This document shows, piece after piece, positions 41,414-49,738 of a stretch of 64,000 nucleotides of DNA. A model generated the notes under the pieces. It ran no database searches and was not told where the DNA came from. It saw only the letters and a program-made list of their open reading frames with translations. The stretch lies in contig NZ_CALJPG010000022.1 in assembly GCF_937980635.1 (NCBI RefSeq), forward strand, positions 38,516-102,515, given 5' to 3'. Position 1 is the first letter of the stretch; the number at the start of each line of letters is the position of its first letter. The translations under genes and the position numbers were made by a program. The stretch is from an uncultured Campylobacter sp. (lineage in GTDB: Bacteria; Campylobacterota; Campylobacteria; Campylobacterales; Campylobacteraceae).

Positions 41414-41644
41414 ATGGACGCTATTTACAAGGCTATCGGCGATAATGTCAAGCGCATCAGAACGGTAAAAGGCGTTTCGCAGCTTTCGCTCGCCCTTGCC
41501 ATCGGACACAAAGCCGTAGGAACGATCTCAATGGCTGAACTTCATATCAATAAAAAACATTTCAATATTGAGCATTTGATAAAAATAGCAGATGTTTTGG
41601 AGGTAAATATTTCGGAATTTTTTGTTTTTGATCCACAACTCTAA
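41414..41644 (+). CDS. XRE-family helix-turn-helix transcriptional regulator
   Basis: IGDNVKRIRTVKGVSQLSLALAIG...ISMAE...HLIKIADVLEVNISEFF is a classic HTH_3 pattern. ATG 41414 preferred. A TTG at 41384 is an alternative start. Confidence 0.8.
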   Translation: MDAIYKAIGDNVKRIRTVKGVSQLSLALAIGHKAVGTISMAELHINKKHFNIEHLIKIADVLEVNISEFFVFDPQL

Positions 41645-41649
41645 ATTGA

Positions 41650-42381
41650 TTAAATTTTATTCATCACAAAGCCGCAGAAGCGCCCGGTAGCGCCGTCTTT
41701 TCGGTATGAAAAATGCCGCTCGCTCTCGAAGGTACAGCGCGGATCAAATTTAACGTTTCGCACCCCCGCAGCTGCGAGCTCGTCGCGCAGCGCGGCGTTC
41801 ATATCGAAATGCCCCTGCGTTTTGTAGCGCTCAAACTCGCCCAGATCAAGCCCGCCGAGTTCGTAGTTTCGCGCCTTGATATTCGCGCCCACGAATACTT
41901 TCAGCTCCGCAGCGACGCAGCCGAAGCGCTCGTTCATCAAATTTATCGCATTGGTGCAGATCCGCTGGATTACGCCTGCGCGCCCCGCATGCACCGCAGC
42001 GACCACTCCGCGCCGCTCGTCCGCGATCAGCACGGGCGAGCAGTCCGCTACCAGCACGCACAGCGCCACGCCGCGCAGATCGGTCACGAGCCCGTCGCAG
42101 GGCGGGATTTCAACGCCACCTGCGCGTAAAATTTCAACTTTGTTTGAGTGGATCTGACGCATAAATTTTAAATTTCGCGGCGCGATACCGAGTGCGGCAG
42201 CTAAAATTTCGCGGTTTTGCGCGACGTTTTGCGGATCGTCGCCTACGTGATCTCCTAAATTTAAGCTCGCGTATGCTCCGCCGCTTACGCCGCCAAGCCG
42301 CGTGCTAAAGCCCGCCAACACGCCGCATCCGTCCAATACAAACTCAAGATTTTCTCTGCAAATTTCGATTTTGCCCATCAT
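41650..42381 (-). CDS. pgeF: peptidoglycan editing factor PgeF (YfiH/laccase-domain protein)
   Basis: GFSTR.GGVS..y.slNlg.hvgD, QIHSNKV, ADC.PV and HAGRAG motifs. Confidence 0.85.
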   Translation of the reverse strand: MMGKIEICRENLEFVLDGCGVLAGFSTRLGGVSGGAYASLNLGDHVGDDPQNVAQNREILAAALGIAPRNLKFMRQIHSNKVEILRAGGVEIPPCDGLVTDLRGVALCVLVADCSPVLIADERRGVVAAVHAGRAGVIQRICTNAINLMNERFGCVAAELKVFVGANIKARNYELGGLDLGEFERYKTQGHFDMNAALRDELAAAGVRNVKFDPRCTFESERHFSYRKDGATGRFCGFVMNKI

Positions 42382-42388
42382 GCGCCGC

Positions 42389-43240
42389 TTAATACAGGCT
42401 CAAAATTTTATCTACTGCGTCCCACGAAAGCCCCTCTTTTTCGCCCTCGGCGCTCTCATCGCGCACCGTGTCCATACCGCAGACGGGCTGTCCGCCGGCA
42501 AAGCCTAGCTGCGCCGCGACGTATCGCGCGAGCAGATCAGTTTCGATATTTACGCGGCGCCCAATTTTGTAGCTCCCAAAGAGCGTATCTTTAAGCGTGA
42601 GCGGGATGATCGTAAGGCGAATGGCGCAGCTTTGCGCTTTACTCTTTAAATTTGCGCCCAAGGAGTTCGGATCGCGAACGGAATTCGAGCCGCTATAATT
42701 TAGCCCGCGCAAGCTTGCGCCGTTAAAATTTGCGCCGCGCGGCTCTTTATGAGTAAAATTTTCGCCGTCAAGACATTGGTCTTTAAAATTTCGCCCGTGC
42801 GAGCCGCCGATTTCAAGCACTTCGTTTATCGTTAAACTCACGCCGTCGATCGCCACCGAGCCCTTCGGCGCTAGTAGCGGCGCTATGTGCAGCGGTGCGC
42901 GGATAAAAAAATCGACTCCGCTTGCGAGCTTTGAAATTTTATAAATTTCGCCCACGGCATCGACGTGCCCTTGGATCAAATGCCCGTCTATGCGCTCGCC
43001 TAGCCGCATCGCTGGCTCGATATGCACCGGGCCGCGCAAGTTTTGTGCGGCGATGACGCGCGCCGTTTCACTCGAAAGCTGCACCGTAAATCCGTCTGCA
43101 AAAAGCCGCGTCACGCTCAGGCACGCGCCGTTTACCGCGACGCTATCTCCGAGCGCGGGGCGGTATTTCGCGCGCAGTCGCAGCAAATCGCCGCTAAAGC
43201 TCGCAACCTGCGCGATCTCTCTGATCAGTCCGTTAAACAT
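42389..43240 (-). CDS. ribE: riboflavin synthase alpha chain with ~60-aa insert in the second lumazine-binding repeat
   Basis: MFNGLIREIA..., GDSVAVNGACLSV and SVAIDGVSLTI duplicated barrels. Confidence 0.85.
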   Translation of the reverse strand: MFNGLIREIAQVASFSGDLLRLRAKYRPALGDSVAVNGACLSVTRLFADGFTVQLSSETARVIAAQNLRGPVHIEPAMRLGERIDGHLIQGHVDAVGEIYKISKLASGVDFFIRAPLHIAPLLAPKGSVAIDGVSLTINEVLEIGGSHGRNFKDQCLDGENFTHKEPRGANFNGASLRGLNYSGSNSVRDPNSLGANLKSKAQSCAIRLTIIPLTLKDTLFGSYKIGRRVNIETDLLARYVAAQLGFAGGQPVCGMDTVRDESAEGEKEGLSWDAVDKILSLY

Positions 43241-43304
43241 TATGAGCCTTTGGAATTTTTACGTGATATTAGCGTAGAATTTTGAAATTTTAAATTAAGC
43301 GAAG

Positions 43305-43329
43305 TTCGGCGAGCGCGAAGCCCGCCGAA
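43305..43329 (-). terminator. hairpin downstream of the cytochrome c gene
   Basis: TTCGGCG-(11 nt)-CGCCGAA, 13 nt after the stop. No clear U-tract. Confidence 0.3.
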
Positions 43330-43341
43330 TGAAGTTTGAAA

Positions 43342-43662
43342 TTATTTTTTAGAAACGATGAAATCGGCTAGCGCTTCGATCGATTCATCGTTAAGCGAAG
43401 CTGCTTGACCTTTCATAACGCCCATCATGCCAAATTTTCCCTTGCCCTCGCCTAGAGTGCCGTCTTTGTAGCCTTTTAGGCTAGCGATGATATCTTCCTT
43501 GCTTAGGGTGTTTAGCGCAGGTACTTTGCCGCCAAGATAAGGCTTCTCGGCGTTAGCTCCATGACAGGCCACGCATTTTTTATATAAAGTAGCGCCGTCA
43601 GCGGCGAATACACTCGAACTAAACGCCGCAACCGCAGCACATGCAATAAGAACTTTTTTCAT
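43342..43662 (-). CDS. periplasmic class I c-type cytochrome (c553-like)
   Basis: Signal peptide, a single CVACHG haem site and a distal Met region; 106 aa. Confidence 0.85.
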   Translation of the reverse strand: MKKVLIACAAVAAFSSSVFAADGATLYKKCVACHGANAEKPYLGGKVPALNTLSKEDIIASLKGYKDGTLGEGKGKFGMMGVMKGQAASLNDESIEALADFIVSKK

Positions 43663-43941
43663 TCCTATCCTTTCTTTTTAAATTGTGTGTGCAGTATAAT
43701 CAAAATTTAGTAAATTTCGGTTAAATTTTTGCAATTTGCGCCAAAGAGGCAAAATTCTATCTACTGCAAACTTTAGCATAGGGGCTTGAAGCGGAATTTG
43801 CGCTGTAAAATTTTAAGCGAATTTCGCCTTACCACTTAAATTTCAATCGTAAAATTTCGCGGCGAAATTCTACGGCGGAATTTCATCTAGATGTCAAATT
43901 CCATCGCGAAATTTTGCGCAGAATTTTAAAATTTCGCCGCT

Positions 43942-45495
43942 TTACTTTATGCGCGAAATTTCGCCTCTTTGCATCTTATAAATTTTATCTGCGGCGCCGA
44001 AGTATTTATCATCGTGCGAGATCGCAAAGATCGTGTATCCGCGCGATTTCAGCTCCGGCAAAATCCGCTCGTAAAACTCCGCGCGAAACTGCGGATCGAG
44101 ATCGGCCGCAAACTCATCGAGCATCAAAAATTTTCGCCCGTCCATCAGCACGCTTACGAGCGCCAAACGCTTGCACTGCCCGCTAGATAGGCTCGTGGTG
44201 CTAAATTTAGCCCCCTTTAGCTCAACCTTATCCTGCAGGTGCGTAAGCGCCAACCACTCGCGCGCGATCTCCGCATCACCCGTAGCGTAGTCGAAGAGAT
44301 AAAAATCGCTGAAAACAGCGCTTATGTTATTGCTGTAGGCGCGCAGATCAGAGGGTTTGAGGGCCGCGCCGTCGGCTAAAATTTCGCCCGCTTGCGGCGT
44401 ATAAAGACCCGCTAAAATCATAAAAAGCGTCGATTTTCCGCTGCCGTTTTCGCCGATTAAAAACACCGTCTCGCCCGCATTTAGCTGCAAGCTTACCCCT
44501 TTGATGCCGAATTTCCCGTCTGGATACGAAAAGCCCACGTCTTTAAGCTCCAAGCTGCGCCACGGCTGCATTTGAGCAAGATCAAAGCCCTGCACGAATG
44601 GATCTAAGCCCAGCTCATTGATCTTTGCGTAGGCGATCTTGGCGCGCAGCACGCTAGGAAGCGAGAATATGAGCATCATCAAAGGCGCACGCAAAAAAAG
44701 CACCGTAAGCGCGATCGTTACGGCGTTTGCAAGCTCTGCTTTGCCGCCGCTAAGCCCGAAATAAAGCACAAAGCCTACGGCGCCTAGCATCATTACGTTC
44801 ATAAAATTACTCGCAAACGCGCCGTAGACCTCGGCTCGCAGCGAGCTTTGGCGTAAATTTTGCGCATTGGGCAAAAAGTCGTTTTCGTATAGGCTTTTTG
44901 CTTTGGCTAGGCTTAGCGACAGCTCCTTGTGCCCCTCGATCGCCGCGGCGTAGTTTTTATACAAAACGTCCTCGTTTTGGCGGTACAGATCGTAATTTTG
45001 CATGACCTTTTTCATCAAAAAGCGATTAAAAATCATCAGCGCGCCGATCCAGACGAATAAAAACGCAAACATCATAGGCGCGATGTACAGCACGTAGATG
45101 CTGCAAAATAGCACTATCATCGCGCCTTGAATGAGCTCGGAGATGCGCATAAAGCCCTCGGTCAGGCGCGAAATATCGCTAGAAAGGGACGCAAGCAGGT
45201 TTGCCTTCGACGCAGCCTCGATGCGCTCGAACTTCGTATCGATGATCTGCTTGATGATCTTGGTGCGCAGATCGAATACGAAGTCGTTTTCCATCTTGCA
45301 AAGCATGATACGGCTTAGCACCGAAAGCAGCAGAAATAGCGCCAAGAGCGCGAAAAATAGCGCGATGATCCTGCCGCCTCTTTCGGCGCCGTCAAGTAGA
45401 TATTTATTAATAAAGCTTAAAATCAAGATCCCAGAGCCGCTGTAGATCGCGTTTAGCGCGAGCATCGCGAGGATTTGTTTGGTATATTTTTTCAT
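43942..45495 (-). CDS. fused permease/ATPase ABC exporter (cyclic-peptide/YojI-like)
   Basis: Six-TM N-domain. Walker A GENGSGKST, signature LSSGQCKRL, Walker B LMLDEFA. ATG 45495 preferred over TTG 45507. Confidence 0.85.
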   Translation of the reverse strand: MKKYTKQILAMLALNAIYSGSGILILSFINKYLLDGAERGGRIIALFFALLALFLLLSVLSRIMLCKMENDFVFDLRTKIIKQIIDTKFERIEAASKANLLASLSSDISRLTEGFMRISELIQGAMIVLFCSIYVLYIAPMMFAFLFVWIGALMIFNRFLMKKVMQNYDLYRQNEDVLYKNYAAAIEGHKELSLSLAKAKSLYENDFLPNAQNLRQSSLRAEVYGAFASNFMNVMMLGAVGFVLYFGLSGGKAELANAVTIALTVLFLRAPLMMLIFSLPSVLRAKIAYAKINELGLDPFVQGFDLAQMQPWRSLELKDVGFSYPDGKFGIKGVSLQLNAGETVFLIGENGSGKSTLFMILAGLYTPQAGEILADGAALKPSDLRAYSNNISAVFSDFYLFDYATGDAEIAREWLALTHLQDKVELKGAKFSTTSLSSGQCKRLALVSVLMDGRKFLMLDEFAADLDPQFRAEFYERILPELKSRGYTIFAISHDDKYFGAADKIYKMQRGEISRIK

Positions 45496-46200
45496 CTTTC
45501 GCCCCAATGAAATTTGAGCGCAATTGTGGCAAAATTCGCTTGAAAAAACGGTTAAATTTTAAATCCGTTCTCATTTCGTCGGCTAAATTTCGCCTTAATT
45601 TACGCAAAATTTTATCGCGAATCACATCGTTTACGGGGCATGCTGCTATTTATATGTATCACATAGCGATAATTTCATCCGCATTCTTATTTTAATTCGC
45701 TTCGTTTATATGCAACACTTGCCAATCTCCACTACGTCGATATACCGCCAGATACCCATACATTATACCTCGACGACAGAACGCGCTGTCGTTAAATTTT
45801 ACCCACGCCAAAATTAAAATTTTAAAATTACTCATCGCCACAGTCTTAACAAGCCGTATAAAATTTAAAGCCGCGCATCAACCAAAACGATCACGTTTAA
45901 ATTTAGACGCCCCCATACCGTACTCTACTAAAATTTTATCTTTTCTACACGACGAAAGAGCCGTTAAATTTTAGCGTGCGTGTGTGAATTCTTCTTCAGC
46001 TACCTTATTGTGGCTTCTGCGGAGTGACTAAATATCTAAAAAATCTCGGAATTATCGTAAACCAAAAAAATATGGCGGATATCACAGAGGCGCCATTGTA
46101 CTATTAATAACAGATTTGTTAGGCTTTATAAATGAATTAATCAGCACAAATAACGAGCTTAAAATAATTTATAAGTATTAATAAACAAGTTATTTTTAGA

Positions 46201-47478
46201 TCAAGTGTTTATGAAACATATTAGAAAAATATTTTTACCGTCTTCGTACTTGTATTTTAAGGTGTGGCCGTGTTTTATAAAAATTTGGTTTGCGATATAA
46301 AGCCCAAGGCCAAGTCCAGAATTTGAGGTCTCGAATTTCCTGTTAAAAGCTCTTTCAAAATCAAGTCTTTCCGGTTCAAGCTCATCTCCTGCGCTACTTA
46401 TGCAGACGGCGTTTTTATCTATATTTACAAGGACTTTGCCGCTAGAGTATTTTAAGGCGTTATCGATTAAATTTTTAATTCCGGTTGCATAAAGCTCAAA
46501 ATCAACCTCAACCGCACTTATTTCCGCATCCGCTCGCACTTCTATGCGGCTCGTGTCTTTTAGTAAAAGCATATCTACCGAGTGATCGACGATGTCTATA
46601 ACTCGGTGCTTGTTTTTCTTAAGCTCCCACTCATTGGATACTAGTTTTTCTACCTTGACGACTTCGCCCAGTATCATCTCAAGCCGTATAAAAATTTGTT
46701 TTAACCTATCTTTGACCTTATCGTCTTGTAAAATTTCGGCTATCATGTCCGCCATGATTCGCCCTTTCATTATCGGGTTGCGAAATTCGTGCAAGATGTT
46801 ACGTAAAAATAGCGCTCTAGCCTCTTTTATCGCATCTATTTTTTGCATCGTCGTATTAAATTCGCTAGCGATTTGGCCTATTTCATCATTTGCTTCTACT
46901 TTTATCAGTCTAAATTTGTCTTCTTCTCCCGCCCTTCTTATCATATTTTTTAAATTTCTGAGTCTCAGCAATTTTTTTAAGACGACTATGAAAAATGCAG
47001 CCATTACGATATTTACTATAAGCCAAAGTATCCAAATGTTATGCAAAGAAATTTCTTCTAAATTTTCTAAAGGCACATCGTTTTTCGCAATGTCATCTTT
47101 GCTTGATAGATCAAGCCCTGCCGCATCCATAATGCGCGAAAACATTTTAGGATCAATAGAAGAAAATCTAGGTACAAAGTAGAGCTTTTTGTTGTATCTT
47201 ATCATATCGGCATACGAATCGCTAAAAATTTTCTCACCATTTTGCCTGATCTCATTTGGATCGAGATCACTATTTTTAAGTCCGATTTGCGCTAGCTGCT
47301 TGGTTATATTGCCATCTTCTTGCCCGCGTATACGCATACCTAACATAAAGCGCTGAAAAGTAAAATACTCCGCATCCTTTATTTGCCTCTTGGATTCGAT
47401 GAAAAACGCCGAATTTACTATAACTAGAGCGACAAAAAAGAAAAATGATATTAATTTGATTATGGATATATTACGCAT
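46201..47478 (-). CDS. sensor histidine kinase
   Basis: Two TM helices flank a periplasmic domain. H-box LHEFRNP, N-box IDNALKYS, G-box SGLGLGLYI. Confidence 0.88.
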   Translation of the reverse strand: MRNISIIKLISFFFFVALVIVNSAFFIESKRQIKDAEYFTFQRFMLGMRIRGQEDGNITKQLAQIGLKNSDLDPNEIRQNGEKIFSDSYADMIRYNKKLYFVPRFSSIDPKMFSRIMDAAGLDLSSKDDIAKNDVPLENLEEISLHNIWILWLIVNIVMAAFFIVVLKKLLRLRNLKNMIRRAGEEDKFRLIKVEANDEIGQIASEFNTTMQKIDAIKEARALFLRNILHEFRNPIMKGRIMADMIAEILQDDKVKDRLKQIFIRLEMILGEVVKVEKLVSNEWELKKNKHRVIDIVDHSVDMLLLKDTSRIEVRADAEISAVEVDFELYATGIKNLIDNALKYSSGKVLVNIDKNAVCISSAGDELEPERLDFERAFNRKFETSNSGLGLGLYIANQIFIKHGHTLKYKYEDGKNIFLICFINT

Positions 47479-48142
47479 TGATAAATTTATACCCTATACC
47501 GCGCACGGGGTGAATGAATCGCGGATTTTTAGGATCGTCTCCTATTTTTTGACGCAAGCGCCCTATGGCAACATCGATGCTTTTTAGTCCGCTTTGAAAT
47601 TTCGCCTGACCCAAATTTATCAAAATATCTTCCCTTGGCACGACCAACCCCTCTTTTTCATAAAGGTAGATAAAGATGTCAAATTCCGCTTTCGTTAGCG
47701 CTATCTCCTCTTTGTTTTTTATGACGATACGCCTTTGTTTATCGACGCAAAAGGTTTTGGAGTCGTTGCTGGTTTGTATCCCTCGACGGAGTATCGCTCT
47801 TAGCCTAAATGCAAGCTCTATGGGTTCGTACGGCTTTGCCATATAGTCATCCGCCCCAAGCTCAAAGCCCTTTATCTTATCTAGCGTTTCGCTGCGGGCC
47901 GACGATATGATGATAGGTAACGATGGATAGCTGTGTCTTACGTGCTTGCACACTTCAAGGCCGTCCATGTCGGGCAAGCCAAGATCAAGCACCAATGCGT
48001 CAAAAGCATTTTTTGCGTCTAGAATTTTAAGTCCTTCAACCGGATTTGTGACTATGGTTACGCCAATCTCGCTTTTTGCCAATGCAAATTTTAAAAGCTC
48101 GGCCAGTTCAAGATCGTCTTCTATAAGCAAAATTTCTATCAT
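47471..48142 (-). CDS. OmpR-family response regulator
   Basis: MIEILLIEDD..., phospho-acceptor context DALVLDLGLPDMDG, KPY, and winged-helix C-terminus VRGIGYKF. Start trimmed to ATG 48142. Confidence 0.9.
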   Translation of the reverse strand: MIEILLIEDDLELAELLKFALAKSEIGVTIVTNPVEGLKILDAKNAFDALVLDLGLPDMDGLEVCKHVRHSYPSLPIIISSARSETLDKIKGFELGADDYMAKPYEPIELAFRLRAILRRGIQTSNDSKTFCVDKQRRIVIKNKEEIALTKAEFDIFIYLYEKEGLVVPREDILINLGQAKFQSGLKSIDVAIGRLRQKIGDDPKNPRFIHPVRGIGYKFINA

Positions 48143-48291
48143 AGTAGCTATTATATCAAATTTAAAATTTAAAACTAAAAAATATTTTTTAGTTAATGTT
48201 ACCAAAATCTTACCGTTTTTGATAGGCCTACATGTTATAATTTCGCTCATAAATCCAAAGATGATGGTGTAAAAATTTAAAGGAGGTTATA

Positions 48292-49716
48292 GTGAAAACA
48301 TGTTTTTTGACGATCGGCAAGAGTAAATTTGCTCTTAGTTTGGCTGCGTTTATGGCTATGGCGTCCAGCGCTAGCGCTAGCGATAGCTTGGCGGAGGCTT
48401 TACAAACAAGCACTATGGGTGCGACAGTATTTTCATACTACGATATGGACTCGACAGAGTACTTCCCGCCAGCTAGCAGAACAAATAAAATTCGTGAGCA
48501 CATCGGCGGCCTAGGTGCTGAGCTTAGGTTTTTAACTGGCTCTTACTATGGCTTTAAGCTTGGTCTTACGGCTCAGGGCTTAGTAAATTTCGGTCCGTCA
48601 AAGGCTGCAAAAGAGTATTTTGCCTATGACTGGAATAGCGAAGGTGTAGCACTTTCAGAGGCCTACTTAGGATATGAAAATGACTATATCGACTTTAAAC
48701 TAGGTCGCCAGTACTACAACTCAAAATACACAGGCCTAGTGCCGCCACTTGTGGCAACAAACACGGACGTGGGCTACAAAGAGGCATTTGAGGGCGTGAG
48801 CGCTAGGATAAAGCTTGATAGTATAAATACCGTTATCGGCCTAGCTGACTTTTGGAAATTTGCCGGTAGATCAAGCGCGGTAACGGGCGGCGATCATGGT
48901 GCGCCAAGATTTAAAGACAGAGTTGTTATCGGCGGCTTTGGGCCTTACGGCTATAAATTTGACAATATCTTTAACTCATTTGTGACATATAGCGGCCTTC
49001 CCGGCGTCTCGCTCACGGCCGGTTATGCAAACGTATCTGGTCTTGAATACGATGACGCGGCCAATTCAAAAGGCGATATAAATTTCTACTTCGCAGCTAC
49101 TGGCTACAAAACGCCTACGCTTTTTGAAAACGCGGTAGTTGGAATAGACTTTATGTATAAAGGCTCAAGAACAAACGGTACTTTAAAAGAGAATTTCGAC
49201 TTTAACGGCAACTACTACGCAGGCATGATAGGGCTTTATAACGCTTACGGCTTTGATCTTAGATATGCATATTCAACCGTTAGCAAAAACCAAATGTCGC
49301 TTCAAGGTATAGGTAACGACGTTGGCTCATTTACGGCTACTCCGATCTACGGTCCGTTTTTATTTATGAATTTTGCTGGTATGAATTTACATAAATTTAG
49401 CGCAGGCTACGACTTTAGCAACGTAGGCGCCGAGGGTCTTAGAGTGGACGCTGACTACTGGTATGGCAAGCAGCATAACGGCAGCAACGTTCGCTCAGGC
49501 GGCCTTCATGGTCAAGCGCCAGGAACTAGGATAGATGTAGAGGGCTGGGACGTGCAAGTTAGCTATAAAGTTCCTGCAGTAAAAGGCTTAAAGCTATCTG
49601 CTATCTACGAAACTATGGATAGAAAGCTAAAATATACAAACGGTGGCTCTGACGGCAAAACGACGGATGAAGAGCTTTGGCTAAGAGCCTCTTATGACTT
49701 TGACATATTAAAATAA
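48292..49716 (+). CDS. outer-membrane beta-barrel porin (OprD-like, tentative)
   Basis: GGAGG RBS with GTG start. Signal peptide ending ASA-SD. Alternating aromatic/Gly-rich beta-strand pattern, including LGRQYYNS. Confidence 0.6.
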   Translation: MKTCFLTIGKSKFALSLAAFMAMASSASASDSLAEALQTSTMGATVFSYYDMDSTEYFPPASRTNKIREHIGGLGAELRFLTGSYYGFKLGLTAQGLVNFGPSKAAKEYFAYDWNSEGVALSEAYLGYENDYIDFKLGRQYYNSKYTGLVPPLVATNTDVGYKEAFEGVSARIKLDSINTVIGLADFWKFAGRSSAVTGGDHGAPRFKDRVVIGGFGPYGYKFDNIFNSFVTYSGLPGVSLTAGYANVSGLEYDDAANSKGDINFYFAATGYKTPTLFENAVVGIDFMYKGSRTNGTLKENFDFNGNYYAGMIGLYNAYGFDLRYAYSTVSKNQMSLQGIGNDVGSFTATPIYGPFLFMNFAGMNLHKFSAGYDFSNVGAEGLRVDADYWYGKQHNGSNVRSGGLHGQAPGTRIDVEGWDVQVSYKVPAVKGLKLSAIYETMDRKLKYTNGGSDGKTTDEELWLRASYDFDILK

Positions 49717-49738
49717 AACTTGAAACAAGGAGTATAAA

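Larger units (their letters stand above)
39905..41648. other. AT-rich genomic islet inserted between rpsB and pgeF
   Basis: G+C drops abruptly by eye relative to both flanks. It contains only an XRE regulator and two orphan genes. Confidence 0.55.

Noticed and set aside
46592-47182. 196-aa plus-strand ORF
   Set aside because: It is antisense to the histidine kinase gene, with a Ser/Ile/Phe-rich AT-driven translation. The same reasoning applies to 8666-9235, 13464-13970, 14228-14617, 23667-24059 and 33780-34100.
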